Assembly: GCA_028695395.1 (NCBI GenBank) | Contig: JAQVJB010000004.1 | Location: forward strand, 1 to 33,002 | DNA from: Actinomycetota bacterium | GTDB lineage: Bacteria > Actinomycetota > Humimicrobiia > Humimicrobiales > Humimicrobiaceae | Direction of reading: 5' to 3' | DNA length: 33,002 nt | Part shown: in pieces, positions 27,113 through 33,002 of the stretch | Layout of the letters: the number at the start of each line of letters is the position of its first letter | Numbering within the stretch: position 1 is the first letter of the stretch | Notes under the pieces: generated by a model | The model's input: the letters and a program-made list of their open reading frames with translations, nothing else | What the model was told of the DNA's origin: nothing | Databases searched by the model: none | Position numbers and translations under genes: made by a program

Positions 27113-28051
27113 TTATAAAAGACTTAAAGCAAGTTTTACCGCTCCTGCTACTGGCTTATCATTGAGTTTTATAAAATTAATACCATCAAAGACTTTTTTA
27201 AGTTTATCGCATAGCAGATCTTTAAAATATTTTTCACATCTGAACAAGCTGCCAACAAAAACAATATCAAAATCCTTATTTTTAAATCCAAGCTGTGTTG
27301 CAACCGTTGTGATTGCAATATAAGCCTCATTTACCGCATTGGAAAGTATCTTAATGCTTACTTTGTCACCAAGATTTGCACAGTCACAGACATTCTGTGC
27401 AAGTGCTGCTATCTTCTCACAAAAAAAAGTATCTATATAGGCCCATTCAATAAGATCTTCGATATTTTCAAGATTAAGCTTTTTTAATATATGCTGCTTA
27501 AGAATTGTCTCTTTTCCTCTTTTATCATAATCTCTCATCACGGCTCTTAGTGCTCTTAATCCAACTTCGTATCCGCTGCATTCGTCTCCCAGTATAAAAT
27601 CCCAGCCATCTGCTTTTACTTCAGTACCATCCTCATTAATTCCAAAACAATTGGATCCCGTGCCGCATATTATCATAATACCGTTTTTCTTATCAGTTCC
27701 AGCTGCAAGGCCTATTCTTGAATCATTGCATATTAAAGTCTTTTTTAAATCAAGAATAGGAGTAAGGGCGCTATTAAATATTAGTTCTTTGTAAATATCT
27801 TCATCTTTTTTTGAATCCAGGCCAGCTAGTCCGAAACAGGAACTTTTAAAATTAATTATAGGATTTTCGAGTTTTAAATCCTTAATAGTTTCAAAAACTC
27901 CTCCTATTATATTGCTTGCAGCTACTTCCAGCTCTACCTTTTTATAATTGCTTGGACCTGTTATTCTTTCAGCTATGATATTGCCATAAATATCTGCAAT
28001 CCGAATAATTGTTTTTGTGCCTCCGCCGTCAACACCAAGAATATATTCCAA
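27113..28051 (-). CDS. BadF/BadG/BcrA/BcrD-type ATPase, N-acetylglucosamine kinase-like
   Basis: 312 aa. ILGVDGGGTKT phosphate-1 motif, ICGTGSN, ILGDECSGYEVG (eukaryotic-type GlcNAc kinase-like ASKHA signature). TTG start with GGAAGGA 5 nt upstream. Confidence 0.8.
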   Translation of the reverse strand: MEYILGVDGGGTKTIIRIADIYGNIIAERITGPSNYKKVELEVAASNIIGGVFETIKDLKLENPIINFKSSCFGLAGLDSKKDEDIYKELIFNSALTPILDLKKTLICNDSRIGLAAGTDKKNGIMIICGTGSNCFGINEDGTEVKADGWDFILGDECSGYEVGLRALRAVMRDYDKRGKETILKQHILKKLNLENIEDLIEWAYIDTFFCEKIAALAQNVCDCANLGDKVSIKILSNAVNEAYIAITTVATQLGFKNKDFDIVFVGSLFRCEKYFKDLLCDKLKKVFDGINFIKLNDKPVAGAVKLALSLL

Positions 28052-28068
28052 AAAAATCCTTCCGGTCT

Positions 28069-29238
28069 TTAATCTTTATACATAGCAATTATATTTTCCA
28101 CAGGAATGTCAGGAGTCAGATAATGCGATGGTCCCAGGATTATGCCTCCATCATCTCCAAACAGGGTTTTTATTCTTTTTATTTCAGCAGACACTTCACC
28201 GGGTTTTGCAAAAGGAAGAAATTTCTGCGAGTCGATACCCCCGTGAAAACAAATATCCCTGCCGAATCTTTTCTTAAGATAAACTAATTCCATATTTTTG
28301 GCAGATACCTGTACAGGATCTAAGATGTCAACTCCCATCTCTATTAAATCTGGAATTATCTCCACACAGCTTCCGCAAACATGAAAGCAAACCAGGAGAT
28401 TATGTTTCTTTGCCTCATCAATTAAAATTTTATACCATCCTTTAAAATATTTTCTCCATAAAGCAGGCGATATCATAAGGCTGCCCTGATCAGCAAAATC
28501 ATCCCACACGCCATAAAGATCTATATATCTGCCCAAACATTTTAGATTCTTTTCATTAAAAAGAACCATGAACTCTCCTATTTTTTCCAGCAAAGTCAGC
28601 ACATATTTTTCATTTAAAACAAGATCCATCAAAAATTTCTCTATGCCTCTTAAATATGTGGCGACCATAAATATGCTATTCATACAGCTCGTATTTAAAA
28701 AATACTCATCTGATTTTTTAAAATCTTTTAATTCTATTCTTTTCTGCTCTTTATGGCTTTTATATTCTACCTGCTCTGAATTATTTCTATAAGCCGAGAA
28801 GTCAAACCATTCAATCTTGGGAAAAGGATATTTATTGATATCCTCAATGTCATCCATGTCTCTCATTGGCGGCTTATCTGAAAAAACTATGTTTCTGTCT
28901 TTTCCGGAATATATTTCAACAGGCTTAATCCCCCATATATCAAATCTATTGATTTCAAACAATGCATTAAAATCAGGTCCTATATAATCAGGAAAATATG
29001 TAGTAAAACCTCCTAGGGTTTCTCCGTCTGAATAATTATCGGCACCCAGCTTATCAATTAACTTCTCCCAGTTTTCTTCAAGTGGTCCCAGATTAAAATA
29101 ATCCATAAGTTTATTATTCAATGAAGGTTCTCCTCTATACATCATAGGAACTTTAGAAGGCTTATTATGACTTATAGCATTTAAAAGTAATTTTTTTGAT
29201 TCTTTACTCAAAATCAACCTTATATTTCCATATTCCAC
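28069..29238 (-). CDS. Uroporphyrinogen decarboxylase (URO-D) family protein, function unknown
   Basis: 389 aa. N-terminal LLLNAISHNKPSKVPMM resembles the ..PDRVP.. start of URO-D/MtaA-like proteins. C-terminal half FHVCGSCVEIIPDLIEMGVDILDPVQ matches the URO-D TIM-barrel core. GTG start at 29238-29236 with a weak SD, buried in a palindrome. Confidence 0.72.
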   Translation of the reverse strand: MEYGNIRLILSKESKKLLLNAISHNKPSKVPMMYRGEPSLNNKLMDYFNLGPLEENWEKLIDKLGADNYSDGETLGGFTTYFPDYIGPDFNALFEINRFDIWGIKPVEIYSGKDRNIVFSDKPPMRDMDDIEDINKYPFPKIEWFDFSAYRNNSEQVEYKSHKEQKRIELKDFKKSDEYFLNTSCMNSIFMVATYLRGIEKFLMDLVLNEKYVLTLLEKIGEFMVLFNEKNLKCLGRYIDLYGVWDDFADQGSLMISPALWRKYFKGWYKILIDEAKKHNLLVCFHVCGSCVEIIPDLIEMGVDILDPVQVSAKNMELVYLKKRFGRDICFHGGIDSQKFLPFAKPGEVSAEIKRIKTLFGDDGGIILGPSHYLTPDIPVENIIAMYKD

Positions 29239-29265
29239 ACAAGTTTTAAAAACCTGTGTGGAATA
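29231..29265. repeat. 35-nt near-perfect palindrome overlapping the URO-D-family start codon
   Basis: TATTCCACACA(A)GTTTT-A-AAAAC(C)TGTGTGGAATA. The arms are 17 nt with one mismatch (29242/29254) and the centre is at 29248. The GTG start (29238-29236) lies inside one arm. Confidence 0.7.
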
Positions 29266-29298
29266 AATTTTAATAATTATAATATATTCATTTATTAT

Positions 29299-30213
29299 TT
29301 ATTTTGGAGCAATAATGACCGGCCTGGCTGTAAGTTTGTCTGCAACAAACAAAACTTCTTCCTTGGGATTGGGATGAAGCTGTAAAAGGGTTCCTGGACG
29401 GTCAAGCGTAGGCGGATGCATCAGTGCCAGTCTAAGGCTGGCAAGCTGCCAGTTAAGATCCCCGCCATCACAATATATCTCAATTCTTTTTGCCTCAATA
29501 ATAGGCTTCATCCCTATTGTGACAGCTTTGGGAGGAAGATCATAGCAGTTTCCGCCTATTCCACATATACTGTTTATTACAAAAGTGTCTGAATTTAAAT
29601 CTATTATCCTTGTCTTGGATTCTAAAAATTTTTCAATTGACATTCTTCGATAATAAGTGTCATACGGCTCGTTAAAAGCTATATGACCATGATAGCCAAG
29701 GCCACCGTAGCATACATCTATTCCCCCTAGTTCTTCTATCCTTTTATCATTGTAATCAAGATCTTTTGGATTAGGAAATATTATCTGCTCATTCTTCAGG
29801 CCAAGCGATTTGTCCAATAAGTCAAACAAATTCTTTTTCATATAACCCCTGAAGCTCATCGGATGAGACTCAGGAACAAATCTGCTTTCCCAATCAAGAT
29901 ATTCATCCATAAAAAATATCCATACATTTTCCAGGCTAATTTTTTCTGAGTTGATTATCTGCTTTAAAATATCGTATTGGGGTGTCGGCCCAACCGGAAG
30001 TATTATTTTAGTCTTTTTGCCTTCCTTATTATTTTTTATCATTACATCTGCAATCGACCTTGCCATTTGCTGGTAAAGTAGCTGAGCATCATCAACAATC
30101 CTTACTCCGACATTACTCCAATTTTTTAATTCCTCAACAGGCATTGTCATGAGTCTGGCAAAATCATCATCACTTAGTGTCTGATGAGTCAGAATACCTT
30201 TGAAATTTCCCAT
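29299..30213 (-). CDS. Glucosamine-6-phosphate deaminase/isomerase family protein (NagB-like, long form)
   Basis: 304 aa. ILPVGPTP, FFMDEY, GGLGYHGHIAFNEP, LLQLHP align with E. coli NagB motifs (LGLPTGGTP, FNMDEY, GGVGNDGHIAFNEP, LQLHP). About 40 aa N-terminal extension. Confidence 0.8.
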   Translation of the reverse strand: MGNFKGILTHQTLSDDDFARLMTMPVEELKNWSNVGVRIVDDAQLLYQQMARSIADVMIKNNKEGKKTKIILPVGPTPQYDILKQIINSEKISLENVWIFFMDEYLDWESRFVPESHPMSFRGYMKKNLFDLLDKSLGLKNEQIIFPNPKDLDYNDKRIEELGGIDVCYGGLGYHGHIAFNEPYDTYYRRMSIEKFLESKTRIIDLNSDTFVINSICGIGGNCYDLPPKAVTIGMKPIIEAKRIEIYCDGGDLNWQLASLRLALMHPPTLDRPGTLLQLHPNPKEEVLFVADKLTARPVIIAPK

Positions 30214-30305
30214 TTTAGCTCTCCAAATTCAAAATTTTTATAATTATTATTTTAATATTTATATCTTTTATTTTTTGTCGAAGTAATAAATATTACTGAT
30301 AGCCT

Positions 30306-31322
30306 TTATAGTTTTACAACAATATTTTCCCTGGCTGATTTTATAGCTGCAAGTGCAAACTCAAGAGAAGCTCGCCCGTCTTTAAAACTAGCTGTTTCAA
30401 TCGGTTTATCATTTTCGATGCAATCTATGAAATAAGATAATTCATTAAAAAACGGATCTGCCTGTTTTGCTTCAATGGTTTCAGTTGAGCCATCATTGCA
30501 GTATAGCTTGATATTAGCAGCCTGGCTTCTTTCTTCAATATTTTTCCCAGCTCTGAAAATCCACTCAATCGTTCCTTTTTCACATAAAACCCTTACTGCC
30601 ATGGTAAATGGAAAGGCTCCCTTAAAAGACCAGCCTCCTTCTGCAAAGCCTGCTTCACCATTTCTAAACTGAGCAGATGTAAAGATATGAGAGAAACCTC
30701 CTTCTCTTGGATTTTCCGGAGTCAGTATCCCGCTAGCTTTTACTGTCTCTGGGCTTCCGAACAACCATATAAGCAAATCAAGATCATGTATGTGAAGATC
30801 TATGGCTGCCCCTCCGCTGTATTTTTCGCTTTTATCCCACGCACCGACCTGCCAGTCAGGAGTAACAGCAAGTCTTTCGCAAAAAGCATTCAAAGGTTTG
30901 CCGATATATCCGCTATCTATGATTTCCTTTATTTTTACATATTCAGGCCAGAATCTAAGCACATGTCCTGTCATAGCTTTTACTTTGTTTTCTTCGACAG
31001 CTTTAATCATTTCATCAGCATCTTCCAAAGACAGGGTAAGAGGTTTTTCACACAATACATGTTTTTTAGCTCTGGCAGCTTTAACTGCCAGTTCAGCATG
31101 CGCAAAAGTAGGAACACATATATCTATGCAATCTATATCTGAATTTTTTAAAAGCTCATCTATATTTTTAAAATACTTAGTATTATTTTCCTGGGCAGCT
31201 TTTCTTCCGTTTTCTTCATGGTTATCGACTATTGCTGCTATCTGGGCATTTTTTATTTGTTTTAAAGCACTTAAATGAGCATTTCCGATATATCCAATGC
31301 CGATAAGGGCAATCTTAATCAT
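30306..31322 (-). CDS. Gfo/Idh/MocA family NAD(P)-dependent oxidoreductase
   Basis: 338 aa. Rossmann IALIGIGYIGNAH and the family motif VLCEKPLTLS. Confidence 0.88.
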   Translation of the reverse strand: MIKIALIGIGYIGNAHLSALKQIKNAQIAAIVDNHEENGRKAAQENNTKYFKNIDELLKNSDIDCIDICVPTFAHAELAVKAARAKKHVLCEKPLTLSLEDADEMIKAVEENKVKAMTGHVLRFWPEYVKIKEIIDSGYIGKPLNAFCERLAVTPDWQVGAWDKSEKYSGGAAIDLHIHDLDLLIWLFGSPETVKASGILTPENPREGGFSHIFTSAQFRNGEAGFAEGGWSFKGAFPFTMAVRVLCEKGTIEWIFRAGKNIEERSQAANIKLYCNDGSTETIEAKQADPFFNELSYFIDCIENDKPIETASFKDGRASLEFALAAIKSARENIVVKL

Positions 31323-31385
31323 TTCAAGCCTCCATTTTTATTAGAAGATTAATTTAAAAAACAGATATGTTAAAGGAGCATAATA

Positions 31386-32192
31386 TTATTCAATCAAACC
31401 TCTATCCTTAAGGAATATATATGATTTTCTGACAGCATCGTTTATTTCTTCAAGAGAACGCTCGACTCCGTCAAATTCTATCTCAACACTTCCAGGTCCG
31501 TCAAATTGTTTAAGCATGTCAAATATCTTATCAAAATCCAAAACTCCTTCTCCCAGTGCAGGAAAATTCCATTCTCCGAATTTTCCATTACCGCTTTCCT
31601 TTAAATGAACATATCCCATATATGGTAATGCGTATTGCAAATCTTCCTCAGGCCTTGCATTTCCATACATTATGACATTAGAAGTGTCATAATTTAATTT
31701 TATATTTGGATGATTGATAGTCTTTATTATCTCCGAACCAATTTTGCCGTTATTGCACCAATTACCATGCATTTCCAGGCATACAGTTACATCCTTGTCT
31801 TTTGCATAATCCGCTATTTCTTTTATATCTGCGTAAAACTTTTTTTCATCTTCTTTGCCTTTTATCTCGCCGGTATCAGTTGTTACAAAATTAACTCCGG
31901 CAAGATTTGCAAAATCCAGGACCTTCATAATATTCTTTACTGTATCCTCTTTCATCATTCTGGTATGCCCGGTAATGCATTGTAGAGTTAGGCCATGATC
32001 TGCGCATTCTTTTAAGACACTGTCTACTATTTCCCTGTTTACACCGTTTTCAGGTCTGGGCATGTGTTCAAAATACGCAGGAGCAGAAGCCAGTTCAATA
32101 TACTTAAAACCGGCTTTTGAAATCCCTTCTATTGCCTCGCTGCCGCTGTAATTAGGATATGTTGATGTAACAACTCCGATTGTTTTCTTCAT
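31386..32192 (-). CDS. Sugar phosphate isomerase/epimerase (xylose isomerase-like TIM barrel)
   Basis: 268 aa. AGFKYIEL.., CLEMHGNW.., LNYDTSN.., VHLKE metal-ligand-like pattern of AP_endonuc_2/xylose-isomerase-like barrels. GGAGG SD. Confidence 0.8.
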   Translation of the reverse strand: MKKTIGVVTSTYPNYSGSEAIEGISKAGFKYIELASAPAYFEHMPRPENGVNREIVDSVLKECADHGLTLQCITGHTRMMKEDTVKNIMKVLDFANLAGVNFVTTDTGEIKGKEDEKKFYADIKEIADYAKDKDVTVCLEMHGNWCNNGKIGSEIIKTINHPNIKLNYDTSNVIMYGNARPEEDLQYALPYMGYVHLKESGNGKFGEWNFPALGEGVLDFDKIFDMLKQFDGPGSVEIEFDGVERSLEEINDAVRKSYIFLKDRGLIE

Positions 32193-32285
32193 TTCTTCTC
32201 CTCTTCTTTCTTTTTAAAAAATAATAAAAAATTAGAATAAAGCAAATTTCCTACAATTATCTATAAAAAAATTATCAGCTCTAAA

Positions 32286-32987
32286 TCAGGGCAATATTCT
32301 TTTTGTCAAACCTTGAGGATACATTTTCTGTTGTACGAAAGCTTCAGCATAATCAACTCCTGCCTGGAACCCTCTGAATCTTGCAACAGTTCTTATAAAT
32401 TCAGCAGAATCAGAATTATGCATATCTTTTAGCCACCCGAGCTGGGATTGCATTTTCATCATCATCTCTATCTTTACCTCAATTGTATCGGAAATATCAA
32501 CATATTCATCAGGCATGAAGTTTACTCCTGCTATAGTATCCATATAGTAAAGATATGGTAATTTCTCCGGAGCAGGGTATTGTGAATCCCATAAGACCAG
32601 CCCAGCAAGATAAGTCGCTTCAAAAACAAGCCTGCTGGTATTGATATGATCTGAGTGATAATCATTAGGGCTATGGGTAATAATCAAATCAGGTGCAGCC
32701 TGTCTAATGACTTCTACAATTTTCTTTCTTGAATTCAGGTCAAGGACTACTTCTCCGTCTGAAAGACCCGCCCAAACAGAGGTCGCTCCGATTAGTTTGG
32801 CAGATTCTAATGCCTCTTTTCTTCTTATTTCAGCAAGTTCATCGGATTTGTATACTTTGCTTCCCTTGTTGCCGTCACATACATGGCATAAGAATACTTC
32901 AGCGCCCTGTTTTTTAAATTTTGCCATGGTTCCAGCACAAATAAGTTCAATATCATCAGGGTGGGCTCCAATTGCAAGTACTTTCAT
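32286..32987 (-). CDS. PIG-L/LmbE family N-acetylglucosaminyl deacetylase
   Basis: 233 aa. VLAIGAHPDDIEL zinc-binding motif and HSDH second motif. First visible gene of the operon. The upstream region is cut by the window edge. Confidence 0.85.
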   Translation of the reverse strand: MKVLAIGAHPDDIELICAGTMAKFKKQGAEVFLCHVCDGNKGSKVYKSDELAEIRRKEALESAKLIGATSVWAGLSDGEVVLDLNSRKKIVEVIRQAAPDLIITHSPNDYHSDHINTSRLVFEATYLAGLVLWDSQYPAPEKLPYLYYMDTIAGVNFMPDEYVDISDTIEVKIEMMMKMQSQLGWLKDMHNSDSAEFIRTVARFRGFQAGVDYAEAFVQQKMYPQGLTKRILP

Positions 32988-33002
32988 TTTAACTCGCCTT
33001 TC

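Noticed and set aside
30282-30297. AGTAAT-AAAT-ATTACT hairpin after the Gfo/Idh/MocA gene as an intrinsic terminator
   Set aside because: The stem is only 6 AT-rich bp, and on the transcribed (minus) strand it is followed by an A-run, not a U-tract. The downstream gene has its own SD, so operon read-through is more likely.
30687-31278. Two overlapping plus-strand ORFs (151 aa and 158 aa) antisense to the Gfo/Idh/MocA gene
   Set aside because: No start context or motifs. Both are shadow frames of a confidently assigned gene in a slightly more GC-rich stretch, where stop codons are rarer.
1-33002. Checked for CRISPR arrays, tRNA/rRNA genes, IS elements, integrases, phage or defence genes, inteins, and alternative genetic code
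   Set aside because: There are no spaced direct repeats and no GC-rich structured RNA-sized gaps (the largest non-coding gap is about 214 nt). No transposase- or recombinase-like ORFs are present. All conserved proteins are full length with the standard code and no in-frame stops.

Overview
Dense, visibly AT-rich bacterial chromosome segment (roughly 30% G+C by eye, not computed). It holds 32 protein-coding genes, 29 of them on the minus strand, with standard genetic code, mostly strong GGAGG-type ribosome-binding sites and some TTG/GTG starts. I found no rRNA, tRNA, CRISPR array, transposase, integrase or phage gene.

Most of the window is core housekeeping, arranged in two blocks whose order closely matches the classic Bacillus/Clostridia-type order:
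- Block 1: greA-lysS-mcsA-mcsB-clpC-disA-yacL-ispD-ispF-gltX.
- Block 2: rpsF-ssb-rpsR-yybS-rplI-dnaB-purA-purD-purE-pstB.

Three genes expected in these blocks are cleanly absent: ctsR, radA and gdpP.

The less ordinary parts are:
1. The only plus-strand island (20.4-23.8 kb) encodes two HGD-D family subunits plus an HgdC-type ATP-dependent activase. This is a 2-hydroxyacyl-CoA dehydratase / benzoyl-CoA reductase-like radical enzyme with no partner pathway genes nearby.
2. An 890-aa DHH-DHHA1-CBS-CBS-class II nucleotidyltransferase fusion overlaps the activase gene tail-to-tail.
3. A six-gene minus-strand operon (27.1-33.0 kb, cut by the window edge) combines a PIG-L deacetylase, a TIM-barrel isomerase/epimerase, a Gfo/Idh/MocA oxidoreductase, a NagB-like deaminase, a URO-D-family protein and a BadF/GlcNAc-kinase-like ATPase. 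A 35-nt near-perfect palindrome lies over one start codon.
4. DisA carries RHI in place of the conserved RHR motif.

I see no clear defence or mobile system. The novelty candidates are metabolic and signalling oddities, and their functional interpretations are inferences that need database or experimental checks.
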